A DNA stretch of 64,000 bases from Diplonema japonicum. Taxonomy: Eukaryota > Protista > Euglenozoa: Diplonemea. The notes beneath the pieces are model-generated. The model searched no databases. It saw nothing but the letters and a program-made list of their open reading frames with translations, and had not been told where the DNA came from. Where the stretch lies: assembly GCA_964019335.1 (NCBI GenBank), contig OZ025725.1:186001-250000 (forward strand), given 5' to 3'. Every line of letters starts with the position of its first letter. The first letter of the stretch is position 1. A program made the translations under genes and the position numbers. This document shows, one piece after another, positions 1 through 10,350 of this stretch.

Positions 1-71
1 TGCTCGGCCGAGGTGCGCCCCACTGTAATCGAGAATACAATGCTTGTACAGGGCGCCGGAAACACTGGCCT
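1..71 (+). repeat. 3'-end fragment of a dispersed repeat, homologous to 38727-38791, ending at a T-run
   Basis: ctcggccgaggtgcgccccactgtaatcgagaatacaatgcttgtacagggcgccggaaacactggcct aligns with ctcggccgcggcgcgccccctgtaatcaagacagttcttgtgcagggcgccgccaacaccggcct at ~38727-38791. Confidence 0.75.
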
Positions 72-152
72 ATTTTTTTCTAAATATTCTTTTGCGGTGT
101 TTTTGAAAAGGGTCAAAAAAAAAAAAAAAAAAAAGAAAAAAGGTGGGGGTAA

Positions 153-755
153 ATGCAGTGGGTGCCGCAGAACGAGCAGCAGCCGCAACATGCAGACGAG
201 GAAGCCTTACCAGGAGAGAGAAGCAAGAGTGTGGAAGAGGTCTCGGAGGAGGCGCTAGACAGCATCGCAAAGACACTCCCGCAACTGATAGAGGGAATGA
301 AGAGGGAGCTGGCCTTAAAGGATGAGATGATCAAGAAGCTAAGGGAGAGGAACGGGGAGATCTTGTGGAACCCAGTGTGTCAACCGAGCACGGAGGCGTC
401 CACGGGTGATGGCGACGAACGAGGAGAGGACATCGATTCCTTTTTAGATGAGATTGCTGAGCAGCGAAAGCAACCACCCATCCCACCCAACCCGCCCCTC
501 TACCCTCCTGGCTCTGTTATTCAAGGCAGGCACGGTGGTGCTGTTTTCGCTGAATGCACGGTGCAGTCCATCACCCCTGTTCCCAAGACCACCACCTACT
601 TGTACTCAGTTCGTTGGTCTCCGCAACACGGAGGTGGTATTTCTACCCATGTTCCCGAGTCTGAGCTCAGGGCCATCCCCACCGTCCCCAAGTCACATAC
701 ACGGCCACCGGCTTCGAAATTTCAAATGCCGAATTTTGAAACTTTTGAAAAATAG
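153..755 (+). CDS. hypothetical protein, short coiled coil plus C-terminal Tudor/Agenet-like barrel
   Basis: 200-aa ATG ORF free of homopolymers; YPPGSVIQGR...CTVQSI...YLYSVRW...VPESELR resembles a Tudor-like fold. Confidence 0.7.
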   Translation: MQWVPQNEQQPQHADEEALPGERSKSVEEVSEEALDSIAKTLPQLIEGMKRELALKDEMIKKLRERNGEILWNPVCQPSTEASTGDGDERGEDIDSFLDEIAEQRKQPPIPPNPPLYPPGSVIQGRHGGAVFAECTVQSITPVPKTTTYLYSVRWSPQHGGGISTHVPESELRAIPTVPKSHTRPPASKFQMPNFETFEK

Positions 756-832
756 AAAAAGAAAAAAAAAAAAAAAAAAGAGAACGAAAGGCGCAGTTTT
801 CCTGGCCCCCTGGCGCCCCTCCCCCCTGCGAA

Positions 833-863
<31 letters not shown>

Positions 864-1001
864 CCTTCTCTTTCTCCTTCTCATTCCCCCACCCTTTAAG
901 TACGTAAACACAACGCAGTATATCGAAAAAAAAATAAAAATAGTGCTTTTTTTTTTTGTGTCTTTATAAGAAAGACAATGTGAATACACTTGGCGGTTAC
1001 G

Positions 1002-3671
1002 ATGTCTGAGTGGTCAAGAACACATGCTGTGAAGGTTTTTTCGGATCTGTTCGATGAGCAGAAGGCAAAGGAGCAAGTGCCGAGGCTCTTGCGGGCGTGT
1101 GACCTCGCAGGGGTAGGGTACGACACCATGTACAGGAGGCTCATGTTAATGCGGCCGTTGAGCCCTGCGCCTGAGACGCCTAGCAGCTCCCCATGCGGGA
1201 GTAGTGTGCAACTGACAGAGAGCGAAGGGGGGGAAGGGGAGGAAGCACCACTCCCTGTGACGGGCTGCTGGAAGGAGCGAGTGGATAACCTCTGCTCCCG
1301 TTACGACATTTCACGCAGCTACGCCCACGAACTCCTTATGACGACAAACGGGCACGCAGGGAAGGCCTCCCGTCTCATAACACAGAACCCACCCCCCTCA
1401 CCCTCACCATCACTGCTCTCTTCCGAGTCTCCTAACGGGTCTCCTCTCGCCCGTACGCAGTCCGCATATCCGTCGCATTCCAACTATTCAATGCCGCCTT
1501 CGTCCCGTCTCCCTCCCACCTCCTACGCCCCCATCTCAGAAGGGATGCCCACCATTCCTGACACTATTGTAAGCGATCTTATATCGGAGACGGAGGAGTC
1601 CTCCGCGCCGCAAGAAGAAGGAATCTGTACCGTAGAGGTGATGGACAGTATTGGCACAACACCGTCGGGGAGGTATCTCATGTGCTACAGGAAGAAGTGG
1701 GGGTGTGTGGCGTTCTTCGACGTGGGGATCGAGTTCGAAGGGGAGAAGCCTTCGTGGGACGAGCTCACAGACTACACACCGATCGCAACGGTGCTGTTCG
1801 TGGAGCTAGGCAACGTGGAATACAAAGAAGAGACAGACCAACAGGTGGGGCAACGAAACTCTCTGTCGCCGAAACACAGATCGCGAGGATCCACAATGTC
1901 ATGCATTGCAAGGCTGGTAGGCGTGCTAGGACAGGTTAGGTTGAGATTGCAACCCTTGGACTACATGGACACCTGTGAAAACCTGCAGAGTTGTATCGTA
2001 AGCGCGCAGACGACACCCTTCCTCCCTTGCACGGCTTCAGGGGTTGAACTGTACCGTGATGGAGTAATGTACTACCCGGCACTCTCTGCGGCCATTAAAG
2101 CCGCAACGCGAAGTGTTTACATCGCGGGATGGTTCCTCTCCCCGCAGGTGTACCTTAGCAGAACGATGCCGTTGGACCAGAACGAGAGGATCGATAATAT
2201 TCTTCAACGAAAAGCTTTCGAGGGTGTGAAAATATACATTCTACTGTACGCGGAGGTCGAGGCGGCCATTGCGTTGGGGAGTGCAAACGCAGCCTCGTTG
2301 CTAGAATCGTTACACCCAGACGGGATATCGGTCCTGCGACACCGCGGCCCGCTGGCCTTCACACACCACCAAAAATTTGTCGTAATCGATTCAGAAGTGG
2401 CGTTTGTAGGCGGGCTTGACCTAGCATGGGGGAGATACGACACGCATGACCATCCGGTTACAGATTCGAAACATGAGATATGGAAAGGATTGGACTACAG
2501 AAACCCGGTTTTACGAGCGGATGACATCTCATCACAAGTGAAGATGCCGTTTAACGATACGCTTGACAGGCAGAAACAACCGAGGATGCCGTGGCATGAC
2601 GTGCATATGAAGGCGGTGGGGCGAGTTGCGTATGACGTTGGGTTGAATTTTATCCAGAGATGGAACCACCATGTTACGACTTCGAAGAAGAAAAAGAAAC
2701 ACCGGTTATCGCCGCATCTACCAGCCGCAACACCGAGGGTATCGAGAAGATCGAAGATTCTCAGAACGCAAGTGATCAGATCGCTTGGTGAATGGTCAGG
2801 TGCTTGTAAACCCGAACGATGCCTCCATGACACAATTGTCAGAATGATACGAAGCGCGAAAAATTCTGTTTATATTGAAAACCAGTATTTTATTTCGTCG
2901 ATTTACGGTTCGCCGGTTACGAACGGAATTGCAACGGTGCTAGCTGACAGGATTAACAACGCGGTGCGGCGGAAGGAAACGTTTCGATGTGTTCTGGTTC
3001 TTCAACCACACGGGGAGGGCAACCCTCTGACAGACCCTTACATCCAAAGGGTGGTCCACTTCCAAAACGCCACCCTCCGTAAGCTTCTGAAGCGAATCAA
3101 AGCCGTTGCGGGCAGCAAACTGGACGATTACATTTTAATAGGGTGTTTGAGGAACCACGCTCAGCTCGACGAAACTTTCGTGACATCACCTGTTTATGTT
3201 CATTCAAAACTTGTCATTGTCGATGATGAACAAGCTGTGATCGGCTCTGCCAACATCAACGATCGCTCGATGGTGGGAGACAGAGACTCCGAGCTAGCAG
3301 TTTATCTTGACGACACCATTCAGAAAACAAACGCGATTCGAAATTTCCGAAGAGATCTTATCGAGGAACATTTATGCGAACAAGGTGTCGCTGAAGATCT
3401 CCTCAACCCGACGACGTGGGGGCTCATAAAATCCCGTTCCGTTAAAAACCAAGCTGCTTACGAAGCGGTGTTTCCTTACATACCCTCTGATGGGGTACAT
3501 ACTGCCGAGGTTGGGAAAGGACTAGCGGGCAAACCAATTCCCGACGGTGCTTCAGAGAAGCTTGAGAAGATCAAGGGAAGGCTGTGCCGTTACCCTGTAG
3601 AGTGGTTCAGCAAGGCGGGCCAGGATAAATCTATTGCAGAACGCGCTGCTGGAACGGACTTTTTTGTTTGA
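1002..3671 (+). CDS. PLD: phospholipase D (PLD1/2-like) with an N-terminal UBA-like segment
   Basis: Two HKD motifs (HHQKFVVID, YVHSKLVIVDD), PWHDVH, IYIENQYF-like and IGSANINDRSM; ATG at 1002. Confidence 0.93.
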   Translation: MSEWSRTHAVKVFSDLFDEQKAKEQVPRLLRACDLAGVGYDTMYRRLMLMRPLSPAPETPSSSPCGSSVQLTESEGGEGEEAPLPVTGCWKERVDNLCSRYDISRSYAHELLMTTNGHAGKASRLITQNPPPSPSPSLLSSESPNGSPLARTQSAYPSHSNYSMPPSSRLPPTSYAPISEGMPTIPDTIVSDLISETEESSAPQEEGICTVEVMDSIGTTPSGRYLMCYRKKWGCVAFFDVGIEFEGEKPSWDELTDYTPIATVLFVELGNVEYKEETDQQVGQRNSLSPKHRSRGSTMSCIARLVGVLGQVRLRLQPLDYMDTCENLQSCIVSAQTTPFLPCTASGVELYRDGVMYYPALSAAIKAATRSVYIAGWFLSPQVYLSRTMPLDQNERIDNILQRKAFEGVKIYILLYAEVEAAIALGSANAASLLESLHPDGISVLRHRGPLAFTHHQKFVVIDSEVAFVGGLDLAWGRYDTHDHPVTDSKHEIWKGLDYRNPVLRADDISSQVKMPFNDTLDRQKQPRMPWHDVHMKAVGRVAYDVGLNFIQRWNHHVTTSKKKKKHRLSPHLPAATPRVSRRSKILRTQVIRSLGEWSGACKPERCLHDTIVRMIRSAKNSVYIENQYFISSIYGSPVTNGIATVLADRINNAVRRKETFRCVLVLQPHGEGNPLTDPYIQRVVHFQNATLRKLLKRIKAVAGSKLDDYILIGCLRNHAQLDETFVTSPVYVHSKLVIVDDEQAVIGSANINDRSMVGDRDSELAVYLDDTIQKTNAIRNFRRDLIEEHLCEQGVAEDLLNPTTWGLIKSRSVKNQAAYEAVFPYIPSDGVHTAEVGKGLAGKPIPDGASEKLEKIKGRLCRYPVEWFSKAGQDKSIAERAAGTDFFV

Positions 3672-3847
3672 AAAAAAAAAAAAAAAAAAAAAAAGAAACT
3701 GAACATAGTGTTTTTATTTTTTATTTTTTTTTGTTTGTATTGGAACGAAGAAAGTGAGGGGGGGGGGGGGGGGGGTTGTTTTGTTGTTGTTCTTCTTCTT
3801 CTTCGTCTCTGACCGTCTTGTAACCTTCTTTACTGAATCTGGTGGAC

Positions 3848-3912
<65 letters not shown>

Positions 3913-4462
3913 CCGTTCTTTCTTCTCCCCCCATTTCTTTTTTTTTTTTTTTTTGCGTCTTTGGAAGTATATAAATTTATTTCGCTAACAGCGCAAAAAA
4001 AGAGTTTTTTTTTTTCTCGAGTTATACAGATTGGAGAAAAAAAAAAAGAAAATAAGAGGGGGTAAAAAAAAAAGCTTGGAACTTTAGAGATATGAGGCGG
4101 ATTTTCAAAAAAAAAGAAAAAAGGTTTTTCCTCAATCCGCTGCTGCTCCCCCCCCTCCCCCCACTCGAATTCATATTAGAAAGGGGGGGGGAAAGAAAAA
4201 GACCACGCCCCTCCCTCACAAAAAAAAAACACAATTTTGCCTTTCTTCTTTTTCTTTTCTCCCCCTCTCAGAAACATTCCGTCTTTTAGCTAATTTTGGT
4301 ATGTAGAAGCGTTGTATCGGCACAGTGGGGGGAAGAAAAAAAAAAGAAAACAAAAAAAGGGGGGGAGAAAATAAATAAAAATACCTTTCTCGGGAAATTC
4401 TCCCCCCACTCCCCTCTCCCCCCTATTCCACTCTTCCATTCGAAAAAAAAAAAAAAAAAAGG

Positions 4463-4493
<31 letters not shown>

Positions 4494-4496
<3 letters not shown>

Positions 4497-4772
4497 CCGA
4501 CATCTATACAAGGCGCCCTCCCTGCAAGCACTGCAGGTCAAACACAGGGCCTCACATCGCTAGTACGTGGGGTGAGCAAGGCGACTGGGGGAAAGAAACG
4601 GTTGATCTTCGACAGAAGTGAAACAAACCCGCACATTCTGAGCATCAATGCCAACAATCGAACGAACACCCTGCACGTGGGCTGGACGAACACACGAGGA
4701 GACTGGAGCGGTATCGGCGAGAAGGCACGATTAGTGAGGCTAAAGGTCCCCAAACAACCAGTGGGGTTTTGA
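4494..4772 (+). CDS. small basic hypothetical protein (92 aa)
   Basis: ATG directly after a long A-run, as in neighbouring genes; homopolymer-free coding-like island between homopolymer spacers. Confidence 0.7.
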
Positions 4773-4777
4773 AGAGG

Positions 4778-4812
<35 letters not shown>

Positions 4813-4818
4813 GGGGTC

Positions 4819-4855
<37 letters not shown>

Positions 4856-4929
4856 CCCTGAAAATACACCCAACTCAAAAACCAACATAAAAAAAAAAAG
4901 GCGGGAGGGGGGAGAAGGGAGAGAGAGGG

Positions 4930-4963
<34 letters not shown>

Positions 4964-4966
<3 letters not shown>

Positions 4967-7375
4967 CCGAAGCGACAACGAGAGGACAACAAACCGCTCC
5001 ACAAGGTAGGCGATGAAATAGAAGCTTCTTTCAACGGAGACTGGTTCCCCGCTGTGATTTCAGACACAGGACTGGACAGCGAGGGTGAAGTAGAGTACGA
5101 AGTAGACTGGGTAGGCGATGACTCGCTGACAAAAGGCCTCCGCGAGTCCGAGGTCCGGAAAACCAAAACCGGAAAAAAAGAAGAAAAAGACAAAAAAGAA
5201 AAGAAACGGAAAAGACCTGCCGACGAGACAACTGAAGACGAACCAGTCCCCGACTGCGTTCTCCAACAGATCATGAAGGACTTCAAAGACGAGGTTAAAG
5301 GCTTCCGAGGCAAGGCGAGGACCGAACAAGCCAGAAAAGTCTTCAGCAAACTCCCATCCGGGGATAAGCATAACTACCTCAACTCAAACGGAAATGAAGA
5401 GCTTAAAAACGCCCTTCTTGCCGTGCAACAAATCGCGAAAAAATGCGTTTCCGACAAAACAAAAGCCTCGTCCAGCAAAGGAGGGATCGCTGCGGTCCAG
5501 ATCGCCGCGATCGCAACAACCGCGAAAAACGTCCCGGAATTCACCGGGGACTTCAAAAAGTACAGCGACGCAGTAGCCAAACAGCTCAAATCACTGAAGG
5601 CTTCACCCAAAAAGACCGACAAGGACCCCGCCCCCGCGTTGAAAAAACCCAAAAAAGAAACCGCCGACAAAAAACCCAAAAAGGACCTTCCCGTAAGAAC
5701 ACCCCTACAGTTGTACTCCAGCAAGGAGCTGCAAAACGTCCAAGACGCAAACCCGGGGAAAAGCCTCCTGGAAGCAAGGAAGATTTTGGAGGTGCAGTGG
5801 AACGAGCTTACAGACGAAGAGAGGCAGCCTTATGAAAATATGGTCGAGGAGGAGAAGAAAAGAAAAGCCGAAGCTGAGGCCACACCACCACCGCCGAAAA
5901 AGAAGAAAAAAGTCAAATTCTCCGCTGCGGAAGCTGTTGGAATCGTCGCATTGCACAATGCACTGCACCTCCTCGAAGTCGCCCTTCGACACGGTACCTT
6001 AGAAACGTCTCCCAAGGGCATCACCATCGTCAAACATCTCAAGCAGTCCGCGAGAAAACACAGCATCCTCTCAAAGCTTGACTTCTCCGAACCAGTCTTC
6101 ACAGCCTACCATCGTCAAGCTCTTCAAGAAGACGCAACGCTTCGCAAGAACGCTCCTCTTGAGGATGTTATGTCGATTTCAGTGAAGCCTTCAAGGTCAA
6201 CACCACGCGTTTTGGACGTTTACATTGCTGAGAATAGCCCGAAGATCGTCAAGGGAGAGAAGGTGATGGTGAAGGATGCAAAACAAAACCTAACCGACGC
6301 GTTTAAAAAACTGAGCGCGGATGAAAAGGCGGCGTACGAGCAGATGCTGAAGGAGCAGAAGGCGAAGCGGGGGGAACTCTTCGATAACATTCACAAGATC
6401 CGTTTCTTGAAAGGCGAGGAAAGGGACGCGGTCTCAACGCTGGAAAAGACCCTCCAAGAGAAAATCGAAACCGGCACCACCCACGACGAGAACTGCGCCC
6501 AGCGATTCAACGAAATCTGCGAAAAAATCGGCGTCTCAGCGACGGAGAACCCATCGTGCGTGTTCATGCTGAAGAGCGTATCAGAATGCACACAGCACCT
6601 TGTCTATCACGAACGAGTCCCAATGTCAACAGACGACAGAAACAAGGCGAAAAAATCACGTGAGAGCGAACGTAAAAATCTTGTAAAATCCTTTACAACC
6701 ATAAGACAAGGTGTCTTCGGTAAATTGTACCAAGCCGTCGATGTGGCGTACCTAGAGACCCTTTGCAAGGGGCTTGTGGAGGAGTACAAAGTGAAGCTTC
6801 TTGAAATGGCGTCCTCGGCTGAGTCTTGGGACGAGGTTCTCTTCTACCTCCGCGACAGGCTCGACGATGCCAACGGGCACACCCAGCAGAAGCGCGTCCC
6901 CATACATGAGAAAATTGTATTCTCCATCCAGTCTTTCGGGAGCAAAATTGCCCCTTCCGAGGCGCACGTTCTCCTCCCTTATGAGTCCAGCCTGTCTCTT
7001 CCACGCCTTCCGGCGCCTTTGCCGCTCACAGTGGACTCCTCTGTCCGTGTCTTCTTCGGTGATATCGTTTACTGCTGGCTTAACATCTACGTCTTTGCGA
7101 AGGCATTTAGGTTTGGAACAAAACAAAAAAAGGGGGGGTTACATACTTTGCTACACAGGCTTACACGGTTCCCGCTTCACCAGTTCTTCGAAGCCGTCAC
7201 GTCGCAGGGGTCTCCCGTCATGCTGCAGGTAAACCCCTTCCCCTGAAAAAAAAAAGCAACAAATAAAACAGGCTGTTTTCATGCAACTTCTGTGCTTCAT
7301 CGAAGATGCAGAAGAAGCCGACAAGGACGAGTGGATGGGGCATGTTTTGAGCGTTATTGCGAATGTATGAATTTG

Positions 7376-7424
<49 letters not shown>

Positions 7425-8934
7425 AGGACCACGGCATGGACGTAGATGAATCGTCAAGCGAAGAGCACGGCGACAGTTCCAGCAGCAGCTCAAGCAGCGA
7501 CAGCGACAGCGACAGCAACAGTAGCAGCGCTTCAAACAGCAGCAGCACTTCGAACAGTAGCAGCACTTCAAACAGCGACAGCGACTCAGGAGACGCCTCC
7601 GCATCGGCATCTGTCTCTGAATCTGGCTCAGATGACTCGGATGGATCCGCCTCAGGCTCTTCGTCTTCATCATCATCTTCCTCTTCTTCTGACTCCTCTT
7701 CCTCTTCCGGCGCCAGGCATGCTGTCACCGCACGCCAAGCAGCCAAAATGCGCGCAGCCAAAATCCGAGCCCGAGACGAGCTACGCCAAGCACAGGAAAA
7801 AGCAAAGCTTGAGAAGGAAAGGTCCAAGAAGCGCAAGGAGGCATCGGAGAAGCGCAACAAGGTCTTACAAAAGAAGAAAAAGGAACAGGACAAGATTGAT
7901 AAGAAGGAGAAGAAGGCTGCGTTGAAAAAGAAACAAGTGGAGAAGCGAAAGGCGCGCATCGAAGCACGCAAGGGACAAGAAGAACGACTCGCCGACGCCA
8001 GGATACAAAAAGAAAAGCTTGAAAAATCACAAGGATACTATCTAAACGCCGCTCTACGCCAGGCAGTCGAAGAAGGCAGGGACATCCAAGCCGACAGTCT
8101 GAAAGAATGGGATCTAAGGTTAAGAGTGTTGCTACTAAGGGGACTGATCAGAATCGCGTGCAATAGCGATGACTTCGCACAGCACTTCAAGGACGTGGAG
8201 AAGGGCATGGCAGAGATAAAAACACAGAAATCCTCTGATGAGGCTAAGGAAGCGAGCGCCTACAAGGAAGCCGTGGCAGAGATAGACAAAACGGACAAAG
8301 AAGAACTTCAAGAAGCACTTGAAGACTATCAACACAGCCTCACCTCCGTCCGCCACGCATCATGGGTCGAGACAGGCAAACACGAAGCACGTCTCGCGCC
8401 CCTTGGTTCCGACCGGGCAGGGAAGCTATACTTCAAGTTCCCCACAGACAATAACATCTATACCTATACCCCGAGACATCGGATCCCTACTTTAGCTGAG
8501 GAGTGTTCACTGTCTGACGAGCAGGCTTATCGATCCTTGCTTGTGGCGGAAGATGACGAGGAGGACGAGTACCCTCCTTGGGTGATAATGAACGGGACGT
8601 GGGCAACTGTAGAGGACGTGGATTCTCTGATCCCTCTCCTTTCTGATAAGACCTGCCATGAGTATGCGGGGAAGGAGGAAAAAAAAAAAAAAAAAAAAAA
8701 AAAAAACCCAGGAATTTGTTGAAGAAAAACATTGAGAAGATCGCCCCGCTCATCGAGTTCCAAAAGAAACACGTCAAAGCCAAGAGGCATGCTGGTATGT
8801 GATGAAAAAGGTGGGGGATATAGGGGAGGGGAATGTATTACACACAAGGATCGACTGACATACGAAAGTACCTTAACAAGTTCACCGCTTCCGGCTTGAG
8901 CTATCTGTCAGACGACATGAAGGCAGACCCGTAG
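4964..8934 (+). CDS. Tudor + HMG-box + DDT + WHIM1/WSD chromatin protein (BAZ/ACF1-like ISWI partner); introns 7111-7158, 7229-7271, 7365-7426, 8662-8711, 8795-8848
   Basis: Splicing five GT-AG introns gives one ORF. Motifs: Tudor (KVGDEIEASFNGDWFPAVI), HMG-box (TPLQLYSS...QWNELTDEERQPYE), DDT (FGDIVYCWLNIYVFAKAFRLTRFPLHQFFEAV), WHIM1 (LRVLLLRGLI), WSD (PLGSDRAGKLYFKF); Ser-rich spacer. Confidence 0.8.
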
Positions 8935-9414
8935 ATTTGCTGCCCTTGAACTTTTTTTTTTTCTTCCCTTCTTTCTTCCATCATTCATTCCTTTTTTTTT
9001 CATTATCTTAATTTACAAAAGAGAGGGAAGAATTGAAGGGGGGGGGAAAAAACTTTAGATTTTTTTTTTTTTTTTTACTCTTGTCCAGGGATTTCATTAT
9101 TTTTATTTTTTTTATTTTGGAGTTAGCAAGAAGAAAAAATGAAGAAACGGGAAAAGAGGGGGGGGGGGGGAAGAAAACGAAAAGAATGAAAGAGAAAGAA
9201 GAAAACGAAAAGGGGGGTAAGTTCGTGGACAACACACCCCCTCCTCCCCTAGTTTCAAATGGGGAGAGGGGGGGTTATGTTCTTTTTTTTTTCTTTCCAC
9301 CCTACCTTTGTCTTTTCTTTTTTTCAAATAGATATCTATTTTTTTTTTCCCCCCCATTCTTTTTTTTCTTTTTTCGAATTTTCCAAAAAAAAAATCTAGG
9401 GGGGGAAAAACAAA

Positions 9415-10185
9415 ATGCTACGCCGGGCAATGCTCCTCCGCCGCCAGGACAAGCTAAGCATTGTCGTTAAAGAAGAGTGGGACAAATACATGAAGGAAAG
9501 AAACTGGTCAATAGGAAGCAGCTTCGCCGTTACAGCACGGAATGGTGTGCTGTGGGGAGGTGGCCTGGCCATAGGCTTGGGGATATGGCTGGTCATTCTA
9601 AGGGAACCTTTAAAGGCAGACACTGCAACACACACTGCTGACGTGACAACAAGACTCCTTTGCGACAAAACTGTCCAGGAGGAGGCCCTGATGCTCTCAA
9701 AAACAGTTGTAAGCGGGCTTCTTCAGGACACAGATAACCTGACCTTGCTAGTGGAATTATTAAAGAAACTTTCGGAAAAAAAAGAAATAGAACAGAGCAT
9801 CGCTGTCCTCTGGCAAGCTGTCCTCGCGGACCCCGAGAACAGACGGAACGTGAAATTGTTCCTTGTGCGGGTTCTTGACGAACCAGAAATTCTTGACGCG
9901 CTCACCTCACTTCTCAAAAAAGTGGTCACAAAGCTCCACACAGATGGAGCCTTCCACACCCGCAGTGTTGAATACACAGGGTCCGTCATCCAGTCCGCGT
10001 TCTCTTCTGAAGCAACACAACTTCACACCAGCTCGGCCATTGTCACCGTCCCTTTCATAACCGCGGGCCTCCGACGCCCTACCCTTCACGACCCCACCGA
10101 AAACCTCCTTGAAAAACAAGCCTCTCTTACCCAACAGCTTGACGAAGCTCGCTCCAGGCTTAAATCCGTCGAAGAGACACTATGA
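9415..10185 (+). CDS. hypothetical single-pass membrane protein, possibly mitochondrial
   Basis: MLRRAMLLRR N-terminus resembles a euglenozoan mitochondrial presequence; hydrophobic GVLWGGGLAIGLGIWLVIL; helical repeats. Confidence 0.7.
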   Translation: MLRRAMLLRRQDKLSIVVKEEWDKYMKERNWSIGSSFAVTARNGVLWGGGLAIGLGIWLVILREPLKADTATHTADVTTRLLCDKTVQEEALMLSKTVVSGLLQDTDNLTLLVELLKKLSEKKEIEQSIAVLWQAVLADPENRRNVKLFLVRVLDEPEILDALTSLLKKVVTKLHTDGAFHTRSVEYTGSVIQSAFSSEATQLHTSSAIVTVPFITAGLRRPTLHDPTENLLEKQASLTQQLDEARSRLKSVEETL

Positions 10186-10350
10186 GGTCTTTTTTTTTTT
10201 CTTCTTTTTTCTGTAAGCAGAATTATTATTATTTTTCTTTTCTTTTTTTTTTTTTTTACCACGATTTTTTGCGGGTAACTCTGGAACTTTCCCCTCCCCC
10301 CCTTTTTTTTTCCCCATCCCACTTTACTCACACACACACACTAGGGCCAA

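Noticed and set aside
781-840. GC-rich core between an A-run and a T-run, possible MITE or hairpin
   Set aside because: Imperfect pairing and only a 10-nt match elsewhere (20213)
3754-4541. Many poly-F/poly-K/poly-G ORFs here and in other spacers
   Set aside because: They are translations of homopolymer tracts with no domain content
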